Assembly: GCA_937926445.1 (NCBI GenBank)
Contig: CALBAK010000064.1
Coordinates: forward strand, 1-52,473
DNA length: 52,473 bases
Direction: 5' to 3'
DNA from: an uncultured Alphaproteobacteria bacterium
GTDB taxonomy: Bacteria; Pseudomonadota; Alphaproteobacteria; Geminicoccales; Geminicoccaceae
Positions 26,605 through 34,796 of the stretch are shown piece after piece; the first letter of the stretch is position 1, and each line of letters opens with the position of its first letter. Position numbers and translations under genes: made by a program. Under the pieces are notes generated by a model. The model ran no database searches. It was not told the DNA's origin and was given only the letters and a program-made list of their open reading frames with translations.

Positions 26605-28023
26605 TCAAGAATCGCGCGCGATCGGTGCGACCTCGAGGAGCGCACCGTATGCGGCCACCACCCGGACCCGGCGCCTCGCGGGCTGGTCCGGCCCGCTCGC
26701 GAGCCACAGCGTGTCACCGATCCGTACCTTGCCGCGACCGTCGAGGATGGGCTCGACCAGGGCCACGACAAGCCCGATCCGGGCCTCGGCCCGCCGGTTC
26801 AGAGACGACTCCTCCGGTTCCGTGGCCGCGGCCCGTCGCCGCGCTGGCCAAATGTCCGCCGAGACGAGGTCGAGCAGCGAGAAGAGGGAGATCTGCCAGG
26901 GCCGAGCGAGTTCGGGCATCAGCGAGAGTACGCTCCCGGTCGCGAGGACCGCGAGCCCGAGCCAGATCGGCACGAAGCCTGGTGCGACGGCCTCGAGCAG
27001 CACCGGAAGACCACCGACAAGCCACCAATCCCAAGGTTGCGGGCTCACGAGGGAGGTTGCTCCCCGGTACGCGACTGTAGGGCCTCGAGCCGCTCGCCGG
27101 GGCCCGCCCGGCCGACCACAGGCCTCGCGGGCGAGCTCGGCGATGCCGGCAAGCGAGCCGAGCACCCGCAGCGCCTCGACCGGCAGCACGAGCGTCTTCT
27201 GGTTCCGGCTGGTCCCGATCGTCTCGAGAGCTTTCTGATATTTTTCGGCAACGAAATAGTTGACCGCGAGCGGGCTGCCTTCGGCGATCGCCTCGGAGAG
27301 CATGGCCGCCGCCCAAGCCTCGGCTTCGGCCAGCGGCTCGCGCGCCTCGGCGTCGCGGAAGGCGGCCTCGCGCCGGTCCTCGACCTCGAGGATCGCCGCC
27401 TGCTTCTCGCCTTCCGCTTCGAGGATCGCGGCCTGTCGCTCGCCCCAGGCCTGCAGAACGGCGGCCCCCTTGGCCCGCTCGGCCTTCATCTGCCGGGCCA
27501 TTGCGTCGACCGGATCCTGGGGTGGTGTGATGTCCTCGATCTCGATCGGCGTGACCTTCACACCCCACGGCCGGGTCGCCTCGTCGACCACCGCGAGCAG
27601 TCGGGCGTCGATATCGTCGCGGCGAGAAAGCAGCTCGTCCAGGCCCATCGAGGCGTTCGCCGTGCGCATATTGGTACTCGTGAGGTTCAAGATCGCGCTC
27701 GACAGCTCGCGTACCTCGTAGGCCGCCTTGGTCGTATCGAGCACTTGGAAGAAGACGATCGCACCCACCGTGACGACCGCCTTGTCGCGGACGATCGCCT
27801 GCTGTGAGGGAACGTCGAGCACCTGCCCCATCATCTTGAGTTTGGCGATGATCGGCTCGACGAAAGGCTCGATGATTCTGGAGCCTGGGCCGAGGCCGCG
27901 GACGTAGCGGCCGAACCGCTCGACCGCGTATTCGTGACCCTGGGGCACCGACCGCACACCCATGAGCACGAGGAGGAGCGCGATCGCGAACAGCGTGAGC
28001 GATAGCGACGCGAAGGGATCCAT
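26605..28023 (-). CDS. SPFH/Band-7 (stomatin-like) domain fused in frame to an NfeD-like C-terminal domain
   Basis: ATG at 28023 (M25 of track ORF, GGGAGG RBS). N-terminal TM, then SPFH domain (RSVPQGHEYAVERFGRYVRGLGPGSRII...). The same frame continues without a stop through ...AREACGRPGGPRRAARGPTVAYRGATSLVSPQPWDWW into two TM helices and an NfeD OB-fold (IGLVVALVEPILDGRGKVRIGDTLWLASG...RVRVVAAYGALLEV). Continuity was checked directly on the DNA. Confidence 0.6.
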   Translation of the reverse strand: MDPFASLSLTLFAIALLLVLMGVRSVPQGHEYAVERFGRYVRGLGPGSRIIEPFVEPIIAKLKMMGQVLDVPSQQAIVRDKAVVTVGAIVFFQVLDTTKAAYEVRELSSAILNLTSTNMRTANASMGLDELLSRRDDIDARLLAVVDEATRPWGVKVTPIEIEDITPPQDPVDAMARQMKAERAKGAAVLQAWGERQAAILEAEGEKQAAILEVEDRREAAFRDAEAREPLAEAEAWAAAMLSEAIAEGSPLAVNYFVAEKYQKALETIGTSRNQKTLVLPVEALRVLGSLAGIAELAREACGRPGGPRRAARGPTVAYRGATSLVSPQPWDWWLVGGLPVLLEAVAPGFVPIWLGLAVLATGSVLSLMPELARPWQISLFSLLDLVSADIWPARRRAAATEPEESSLNRRAEARIGLVVALVEPILDGRGKVRIGDTLWLASGPDQPARRRVRVVAAYGALLEVAPIARDS

Positions 28024-28194
28024 CCCGACCTCCCGGGCCACGCCCGGCGCGGCCGCCATCCCGTCGCACGGCGAGGGTTGACGCTTCGTCAACAACGTTC
28101 GGTGCCGCTGCTTGTGCGACCACGGCCGCTCGTCTATCCCGGCCGGCGACCGCGTGTCGGGAGAGCGGGCGTGCTGCGCGCCGGCTACGATTGG

Positions 28195-28749
28195 ATGATG
28201 CGGCTGGCGGCTTCGCCGCGCGCCGGCCTGGCGCTCGCGGTCGTGGCCTTCCTCGAGAGCTCGATCTTTCCGATCCCGCCCGATGCCATGATCGTGCCGA
28301 TGGTGCTCTCCCGGCCCGAGCGGGCCTGGCGGATCGTGCTGATCGCGACCGTGGCCTCGGTGCTGGGGGGGCTCGCCGGTTACGCGATCGGCTATTTCCT
28401 CTACGAGACGCTCGGCCGCTGGGTCATCGAACTCTACGGCCTCGCCGAGAGGGCCGAGCAGTACCGGCTGGCCTACGCCGAGTGGGGCCTTTGGATCATT
28501 CTCGTCAAAGGCCTCACACCCATCCCCTACAAGCTCGTGACGATCGCGAGCGGCCTAGCGGCCTTCGACCTCTGGGTGTTCACCCTCGCTTCGATCGTCA
28601 CGCGCGGTGCGCGCTTTCTCCTGGTGGCGGCGCTTCTGCGCGCCTTCGGCTCTCCGATCCGCCGCTTCATCGAGGAGCGTTTGACGCTCGTCACGACCGC
28701 CTTCGCCGCGGCGATAGTTCTCGGATTCGTGGCGCTGCGCTATCTTTGA
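28195..28749 (+). CDS. YqaA/DedA-related small inner-membrane protein
   Basis: In frame with track ORF 28078. ATG 28195 chosen; GTG 28171 is an alternative. ESSIFPIPPDAMIVPMVL motif of YqaA family proteins. Confidence 0.55.
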   Translation: MMRLAASPRAGLALAVVAFLESSIFPIPPDAMIVPMVLSRPERAWRIVLIATVASVLGGLAGYAIGYFLYETLGRWVIELYGLAERAEQYRLAYAEWGLWIILVKGLTPIPYKLVTIASGLAAFDLWVFTLASIVTRGARFLLVAALLRAFGSPIRRFIEERLTLVTTAFAAAIVLGFVALRYL

Positions 28750-28789
28750 TGGGCCGTCTTCGAGAGCTCGAGAGCCGGAGGGACCGCCC

Positions 28790-29299
28790 GTGCGGACACG
28801 TGCCGGGATCATCGAGGCAGCTTCGCCGTCGGAGGAAGGGCATACGGTCCCGATCGTGGCCCTCGCCGCGGCGATCGCCCTCGCGACTGCCTTCGCCCTG
28901 GAGCATCTCGGCGGTTACGCACCCTGCTCGCTCTGCCTGTATGAGCGTTGGCCCTGGGCCCTCGCCCTGATCGCGGCACTCGGCGGCCAGCTGATCGGCC
29001 GGCCCCGCCCGGCACTCCTGATCGCGGGTCTTCTCCTCCTTGGCAACGCCGGGCTCTCCGCCTACCACGTCGGCGTCGAGGCCGGTTGGTTCGCTCTGCC
29101 CGGCACCTGTACGGCCGGCGGTGCCGTCACCACGCTCGAGGAGCTGCGCGCCCAGCTCGAGGCGGCCCGCCCCACCTGCGACCGGGTCGCGCTGAGCGTC
29201 TTCGGTCTGTCGCTGGCCGCCTGGAACGGGATCGCCGCTGCCGGGATCGCCGTCCTTGCGGTCCTGACCCTCGTCCGGGCGCCTCGGCTCAGCAGCTGA
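28790..29299 (+). CDS. DsbB-family disulfide bond formation protein
   Basis: Track ORF 169 aa, GTG start with GGAGGGA RBS. Membrane protein with paired cysteines CSLCLYER and a second pair TCTAGG...TCDR in loops. Confidence 0.5.
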   Translation: MRTRAGIIEAASPSEEGHTVPIVALAAAIALATAFALEHLGGYAPCSLCLYERWPWALALIAALGGQLIGRPRPALLIAGLLLLGNAGLSAYHVGVEAGWFALPGTCTAGGAVTTLEELRAQLEAARPTCDRVALSVFGLSLAAWNGIAAAGIAVLAVLTLVRAPRLSS

Positions 29300-30107
29300 A
29301 CAGCGTGGCCCCGGTCGCGTGCTGGAGCACGTGCCGGGTGGCGCCGCCGAGCACGAGCTGCCGCAGCCGCGAGTGGCTGTACAAGCCCATCACCAGGAGA
29401 TCGGCACCGAGCTCGCCCATACGCACCAGCAGATCCGCGCCGACATTGCCGGAGGCCGGCAGGCGCCGGCCGGCCGCCGCGATCCCGTGCCGATCGAGAA
29501 GGGCGAGCGCGCCGTCGAGGCTGTCCGCGCCCTCGTCGCCGACAGTCACAACCTCCACCGCGACCGCTGTCTGCAGGAACGGCAGCGCATCCTTGAGCGC
29601 GCGGGCCGCCTCCTTGCGGCCGTTCCAGCCCACGAGGACCTTCCGACCGAGATCGGCCGCGAACCCGCTGGGAGGCACCAGTAGCACCGGGCCGCCGGCA
29701 CCGAGTGCAGCCTGTTCGATCGGCTGCAGGGCGAGCGCGTCGATCCCTTGCACCCCGAAGCGTGGCCCGATCGTGAGATCCGCGGTGCGCGCCAGCTGCG
29801 AGAGGCACTCGCCAGGATCACCCTCGAGATGGCGCCAGAGCGCGCCTGAGGCGGGCTCGCACACCTGTCGGAAAGTCGCCTCGAGCCGCTCGGTCACGAA
29901 CTTCGCGGCCTCGCGCTGGGCCTCGATGATCTCGGGTCCGACATAGGCGGCACCCTCGCCGTAGCCGACTGGCACGATCGGCGGCGGTGTGACGTGCACG
30001 GCGACGAGCCGGGCGCCGAAGCGTCGCGCGAACTCGAGGGCGGACCGCAGGCGCACCTCGTTGCCGGCGTCGTCAGCGAGCTGGAGCAGGATCGTCCGAT
30101 AGGTCAT
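29289..30107 (-). CDS. universal stress protein (tandem UspA domains)
   Basis: Track ORF 272 aa. Two Usp-like halves, each ending in a G-x2-G-x9-G-S motif context (LVMGLYSHSRLRQLVLGGATRHVLQHA). Confidence 0.7.
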   Translation of the reverse strand: MTYRTILLQLADDAGNEVRLRSALEFARRFGARLVAVHVTPPPIVPVGYGEGAAYVGPEIIEAQREAAKFVTERLEATFRQVCEPASGALWRHLEGDPGECLSQLARTADLTIGPRFGVQGIDALALQPIEQAALGAGGPVLLVPPSGFAADLGRKVLVGWNGRKEAARALKDALPFLQTAVAVEVVTVGDEGADSLDGALALLDRHGIAAAGRRLPASGNVGADLLVRMGELGADLLVMGLYSHSRLRQLVLGGATRHVLQHATGATLFSC

Positions 30108-30152
30108 GGGCTGCCGCGTCCCCCCTGTTGCACGGGCCGAGCTTCGGCGCGC

Positions 30153-30758
30153 TCAACGTAGCAGCCGCCAGCCGGCGGCGATACGGGCGGCGGTCGTCAC
30201 CCAGCACATGGCGGCGAAGACGAGAGCGAGGGTAGGGAACCAGGCAGGCGAGAGACAGACCATCACGAAGAAGGCGATCGTCTCGCTGCCCTCGGTGAGC
30301 CCACCGAGGTAGTACAGCGACTTCTTGCCGCGTGCCTCGGTCTCGAGGCCGCGCCGGCTCGCCATAACGGCGAAAGCCAGAAAGGAGCTGCCGGTGCCCA
30401 TGAAGGCGAACAGTAGAAACGCGGCGGCGTGCGCGTTCCCGGCCGGATCGAAGAACGCGAAGGCGTAAGCCATGGCCGCGTAGACGATGAAGTCGAAGAC
30501 GATGTCAAGGAAGCCGCCGCGGTCCGTGATCCGGCTGTGCCGGGCCACCGCACCGTCGAGCCCGTCGGCGAGCCGGTTCACCAGGAAAAGGACGAGTCCC
30601 AGAAGCGGCCGGCCCGCGGCGACGAGCGAGGCCGCGAGGAGGCCCGTCAGGAAGCCCGCGATGCTCACCGTGTCGGCGGCGATACCGGTCCCGGCCAGCC
30701 GACGGCCGACCCGGTCCAGAGGGGGACCGACCAGACGGCGCGCCGCCGCGTCCAGCAT
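30153..30758 (-). CDS. CDP-alcohol phosphatidyltransferase family protein
   Basis: Track ORF 201 aa. Signature D-G-x2-A-R-x7-G-x3-D-x3-D present (DGLDGAVARHSRITDRGGFLDIVFDFIV). Confidence 0.7.
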   Translation of the reverse strand: MLDAAARRLVGPPLDRVGRRLAGTGIAADTVSIAGFLTGLLAASLVAAGRPLLGLVLFLVNRLADGLDGAVARHSRITDRGGFLDIVFDFIVYAAMAYAFAFFDPAGNAHAAAFLLFAFMGTGSSFLAFAVMASRRGLETEARGKKSLYYLGGLTEGSETIAFFVMVCLSPAWFPTLALVFAAMCWVTTAARIAAGWRLLR

Positions 30759-30785
30759 CCGACGAGCCGGGGACGAGCGGTCGGC

Positions 30786-31667
30786 TCAGGAGCGTCCCTG
30801 GCGCGGCTCGAAAGGCACTACCCGCTCCTTCCCCGGCGGGGCCGAGGCCGCGCCCGTCGCGAGCGGCTCCGCCGGGGACTCGCCGGGCGTCACGGCGCCG
30901 GTCACGGCTTCCTCGCGTCGCATCCGCGCCGCGAGCACGAAGCCGAAAGGCAGCGAGGCGACGTAGAGCAGGGCCAGGAGCGAGAGGGTGAGCCAGGGCT
31001 CGGTCACCAGAAGCGCCATGAGGAGGCCGGCCATCGCGAGCGTGGGCACGATCTGCTCGGGCCGCAGCCGCAGCCGCTTGAGCGAGAGGGTCGGCACACG
31101 GCTGACCATCAACATCGCCACGGCGGCCAGCGTCGCGGCGTTCACCCAGGCGCTCTGCCATATCCCGTGACCGAACGCGAACCAGGCGATCATGGGCGAG
31201 AGCGCGAGGCCCGCGGCTGCCGGCGCCGGCACACCCGTGAAGAAATGCTGGGACCAGCGGGGGCGGTTCGGGTCGTCGGCCTCGGTGTTGAAGCGGGCGA
31301 GCCGCAGGGCACAGCAGACACAGAACAGGAGTGCCACGGCCCAGCCGAGCCCACGGATCGGTTGCAGCGCCCAGAGATAGACCAAGAGCGCGGGTGCGAC
31401 GCCGAAATTGAAGAAGTCGGCGAGGCTGTCGAGTTCGGCACCGAGCTTGCTCTGGATGTTCAACAGCCGCGCCGCCCGCCCGTCGAGGCCGTCGAGGACG
31501 GCGGCCGCGACGATCAGCGCCACGGCGACCTCGTAGCGGCCGTCGAGCCCGTAGCGCAGCCCGGTAAAACCGGCGCACAGGCTCAGGATCGTGAACAGGT
31601 TCGGCACCATGTGCAGCAAGGGACGACGCGTCCGCTGCCGCTGCCGGCGCCGGCTACGCAGCATCAT
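30786..31667 (-). CDS. pssA: CDP-diacylglycerol--serine O-phosphatidyltransferase
   Basis: ATG at 31667 (M42 of track ORF, GGAGA RBS). [34 protein letters not shown] motif. 293 aa. Start overlaps the psd stop (ATGA). Confidence 0.8.
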   Translation of the reverse strand: MMLRSRRRQRQRTRRPLLHMVPNLFTILSLCAGFTGLRYGLDGRYEVAVALIVAAAVLDGLDGRAARLLNIQSKLGAELDSLADFFNFGVAPALLVYLWALQPIRGLGWAVALLFCVCCALRLARFNTEADDPNRPRWSQHFFTGVPAPAAAGLALSPMIAWFAFGHGIWQSAWVNAATLAAVAMLMVSRVPTLSLKRLRLRPEQIVPTLAMAGLLMALLVTEPWLTLSLLALLYVASLPFGFVLAARMRREEAVTGAVTPGESPAEPLATGAASAPPGKERVVPFEPRQGRS

Positions 31668-32386
31668 GTCATTCGTCTCCGCCGGGGGACATGCTCCACA
31701 TCCAGCTCCGCGAGCACCGTCTCGCCGGCGATCGTGCGCTGCCCCAGGAGCACGAGCGGCCTCGTTCCGGCAGGCAGATAGACATCGCATCGGCTGCCGA
31801 AGCGAATCAAGCCCACGCGATCACCGGCGCCGAGCGTGCTACCGACCTCTACGAACGGCACGATCCGCCGCGCCACGAGCCCGGCGATCTGGACGAGCCC
31901 GACCTTTCGCCCGTCGGCCGTCTCGAGGACCCAGGCGAGCCGCTCGTTCTCCTCCGAGGCCTTGTCGAGAGAGGCGTTGAGGAAGCGGCCCGGATGGTGG
32001 TGGCGGACGAGGACCCGGCCCGGGACCGGCGTACGGTTCACGTGGACGTCGAAAACGTTCATGAAGATGCCGACACAGGGCAGGGGCTCGCTGCCCAGGC
32101 CGAGCTCCGGCGGCGGCCGCCGCGGGTGGACCGCGACCACCCGGCCGTCCGCCGGGCTCACCACGATTCCCGGCGCATCCGGCGTGACCCGTGCCGGATC
32201 GCGGAAGAACCAGGCGCACCAGCCGGTGAGCGCGAGACCCACCCAGAAGAGCGGACCCCAGAGCAGTCCGAGCAGGAGGGCGCCCACGAGAAAGGCCGCC
32301 ACGAACTTCCAGCCGTCAGGATGGATCGTTGGCAGAAGGCCCGGGATCGCTTCGTCCGCTCGCGTCCCCCGCTCGGCTCCGATCAT
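31664..32386 (-). CDS. psd: phosphatidylserine decarboxylase proenzyme (short alphaproteobacterial type)
   Basis: ATG at 32386 (M34 of track ORF 31664..32485). ...[44 protein letters not shown]..., GST self-cleavage region ([11 protein letters not shown]). Confidence 0.8.
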   Translation of the reverse strand: MIGAERGTRADEAIPGLLPTIHPDGWKFVAAFLVGALLLGLLWGPLFWVGLALTGWCAWFFRDPARVTPDAPGIVVSPADGRVVAVHPRRPPPELGLGSEPLPCVGIFMNVFDVHVNRTPVPGRVLVRHHHPGRFLNASLDKASEENERLAWVLETADGRKVGLVQIAGLVARRIVPFVEVGSTLGAGDRVGLIRFGSRCDVYLPAGTRPLVLLGQRTIAGETVLAELDVEHVPRRRRMT

Positions 32387-33113
32387 CGTCCCCGACCCTA
32401 TCGGCGCGCAGGAACACGCCGTCCATCTGCAGCTCGCGCCCCGTCCCCGGATCCACATAGCCCGGGAGGAAGAGCCAGGGAACATAGCCCATGGCTTCCA
32501 CCTGCTCGATCAGGCTGCGCCACGGGGTCTCGCCCTCGTAAAGGGGCACGAGGGCGAGCTCGAGCTGCAGCCCCAGGATCCGGGGAAGCAGGCCGCGCGC
32601 GCCCTCGAGCGCCGGGCTCTCGTAGCCTTGCAGGTCGAGCTTCAGGAAGATCCGTGACGCCGGCGATCCAACCAGCTCGGGCAGAGCATCGAGCCGGACG
32701 ACCGGCACCTCGATTCGCCGCACCGGCCGCGAACTCGGCGAGAGCCGGTCGAGCCGGGTGGTGCGCGGCAGGAGCGAGCTCATGTCGCTCTCCGCCGAGA
32801 CCTCGAGCACCGTCCGTCCGGCCTCGGCACCGAGTGCCACGGCGGGGGCGATCCGCCAGGCCGGGTCGGAGGCGGCCCGTCGGGCGAGCTCGGCCCTGAG
32901 CTCGGGGATCGGCTCGATCGAGAGGACGGGTCCGCGCCACCCCGACCCACGCAGGAGTGTGGCATACTGGCCGCGGTTCGCCCCGCCGTCGACGACGAGG
33001 TCGACGCCCCACCGTTCGAAGAGGTTCACCAGTCGCCGGGTCGGTTCGCGTGCCTTTCGCAGCGGCACGAGCTCGAAGCCCAGGGCCCGGGCGAGCCGGC
33101 GCAAGGTTCTCAA
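32316..33113 (-). CDS. FkbM family methyltransferase
   Basis: C-terminal part of track ORF 32316..34289. [12 protein letters not shown] (SAM-binding), IEP..., [10 protein letters not shown] motifs. Start provisionally TTG 33111-33113 overlapping the cyclase TGA; TTG 33104 is an alternative. The 3' end overlaps psd by about 70 nt. Confidence 0.5.
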   Translation of the reverse strand: MRTLRRLARALGFELVPLRKAREPTRRLVNLFERWGVDLVVDGGANRGQYATLLRGSGWRGPVLSIEPIPELRAELARRAASDPAWRIAPAVALGAEAGRTVLEVSAESDMSSLLPRTTRLDRLSPSSRPVRRIEVPVVRLDALPELVGSPASRIFLKLDLQGYESPALEGARGLLPRILGLQLELALVPLYEGETPWRSLIEQVEAMGYVPWLFLPGYVDPGTGRELQMDGVFLRADRVGDDDRSRAGDASGRSDPGPSANDPS

Positions 33114-34309
33114 GACCGGTCGACCAGCGCCAAGACCTCGACCGGGTCGGGCACGCCGCGCAGCGGGAAGCGGCCGAGCGGCTCGAGGAATTCGGCATCG
33201 CAGGAACACATCGCGGCGAACGACCCGGACAGGACAACGTCGCGGTCGAGCTCCTTGGCGAGCTGCTGGAGGCGGGCGGCGACGTTGACCGCCGGGCCGA
33301 TCACCGTGAAGTCGAGGCGTGTGGGCGTGCCTATGTTGCCGTACATCACGTCGCCCACGTGCAGGGCGAGGGCGAAGCGGAGCGGTTCCTGCCCGCGCCC
33401 CCGACGTTCCGCGTTGAGGCGCGCGAGGCCGCGCCGGGCCTCGACCGCAGCGCGCAGCGCCCGATGGCAGGCGGCCTCGGCCTCGAGCGGGAAGATCGCG
33501 AGCATTCCGTCGCCGATGAACTTGAGGATCTCGCCACCCTGTGCCTCGACTGGCGCGCCCATGCACTCGAAGAAGCCGTTGAGGCATTCGATCACCGCAT
33601 CGCGCGGCAGGCTCTCGACGATCGTCGTGAAGTCGCGGAGGTCGGACTGCCAGATCGCCGCCCGCACGGTGGCGCCGCTGCCGCGGCGGATCTCGCCCGC
33701 GAGGATGCGGGCCCCGGCGTGGCGGCCGACATAGGCGTCGAGCAGATTGCGCGCGATCCGGCGGCTGAGCCGGATCTCGGTGGCCATCGCGAGGGCCGGG
33801 AGGAGCTGGCCGAGGGCCGCGAGGTCCGCCGCGCGGAAGCCGCCCGGGCGCCGGGTGGCCCAGGTGCAGGCGTGTCGCGTGCCGTCGGTGAAGGTCATCG
33901 GCATGGCCACGTAGTCGGTCATGCCCGCGGCCCTGAGCTCGTCGTAAACCGGATATTCCCGAGGCGCCGGCGCCTCGAGGTCGAGCCGTTGGTGGATCGC
34001 CTCGGCACCCTCGTAGAGCGCGCGGACCGGGCTGTCGAGGAAGCGCCGTTCGCTGGTCGTGTGGTGGCCGAAGAAGCCGATCTCGGCTTCCTCCATACCG
34101 GGTCGCCAGACCAACCGCGCGCCGAAGAACTGTGGATGGAGGGTCCGCAGGTGCAGGGTCGAGCGCGCGATCGGCAGCCCGTCCTGGAGCAGGTTCGCGC
34201 ACAGGGTGGCGAACAGACGTTCGAGGAAGCGCTCGCGTCCGCTCTCGAGGACGAGCCAGTCGAGGGCGAGAAGGCGGCGTGTCGGCCAACGGCCGCGCTC
34301 TTCGCTCAT
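33110..34309 (-). CDS. class III adenylate/guanylate cyclase with a roughly 200-aa N-terminal uncharacterised domain
   Basis: ATG at 34309 (M70 of track ORF 33110..34516). Catalytic core AAIWQSDLRDFTTI...KFIGDGMLAIF...HVGDVMYGNIG...DFTVIGPAVNVAARL. Confidence 0.75.
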   Translation of the reverse strand: MSEERGRWPTRRLLALDWLVLESGRERFLERLFATLCANLLQDGLPIARSTLHLRTLHPQFFGARLVWRPGMEEAEIGFFGHHTTSERRFLDSPVRALYEGAEAIHQRLDLEAPAPREYPVYDELRAAGMTDYVAMPMTFTDGTRHACTWATRRPGGFRAADLAALGQLLPALAMATEIRLSRRIARNLLDAYVGRHAGARILAGEIRRGSGATVRAAIWQSDLRDFTTIVESLPRDAVIECLNGFFECMGAPVEAQGGEILKFIGDGMLAIFPLEAEAACHRALRAAVEARRGLARLNAERRGRGQEPLRFALALHVGDVMYGNIGTPTRLDFTVIGPAVNVAARLQQLAKELDRDVVLSGSFAAMCSCDAEFLEPLGRFPLRGVPDPVEVLALVDRS

Positions 34310-34779
34310 GTTTCGCGGGCCTCGAGCTCGCCGAGCTTGAGCGAGACGTCGGTCAGCCGCTGCGTCGTATGGTGCAACCGCGCCGCAAGCTCGTGCATGA
34401 TTTCGATGCCCACCTGCGGGAACTGGGTCACGAGATTGAAGAAGCCGTCCTTGGAGATCCGCAGCGTGTGCAGCCGGGTGGCGGCTACCACCGTCGCTGT
34501 ACGCGGGACGTCGCACAGGATCGCGATCTCGCCCACGATGTCGTTCTTGCCGAGTGTGGCGACCTTGACCCGGCCTCTGGACGTGTCGACAAGTACGTCG
34601 GCGGTGCCCTCGAGGATGATGAAGGCGGCATCACCCGGCTCGCCCTGACGGCAGAGCACCTCGCCCGGCTCGTAGTCGAGATGCTCGGAGGTGAAGGCCA
34701 GGAGCTTGAGCCGGGCCGGTTCGACCTTGGCGAAGAGGGGAATCGCGCGCAGCGCGTCGACGTCGCGTTGCAGGCTCAC
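34306..34779 (-). CDS. stand-alone cyclic-nucleotide-binding (CAP effector-type) domain protein
   Basis: In frame with track ORF 34306..34911. GTG 34779 preceded by GGAGAAGGAG; an alternative TTG at 34800 overlaps the ABC-like stop. IPLFAKVEPARLKLLAFTSEHLDYEPGEVLCRQGEPGDAAFIILEGTADV...GEIAIL...RTATVVA. Stop overlaps the cyclase ATG (ATGA). Confidence 0.65.
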   Translation of the reverse strand: MSLQRDVDALRAIPLFAKVEPARLKLLAFTSEHLDYEPGEVLCRQGEPGDAAFIILEGTADVLVDTSRGRVKVATLGKNDIVGEIAILCDVPRTATVVAATRLHTLRISKDGFFNLVTQFPQVGIEIMHELAARLHHTTQRLTDVSLKLGELEARET

Positions 34780-34796
34780 GGCTCCTTCTCCATCGC

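Noticed and set aside
32316-34289. 657-aa ORF covering the FkbM and cyclase regions.
   Set aside because: Only the C-terminal roughly 265 codons show FkbM methyltransferase motifs. The upstream part is the wrong frame of the cyclase gene.
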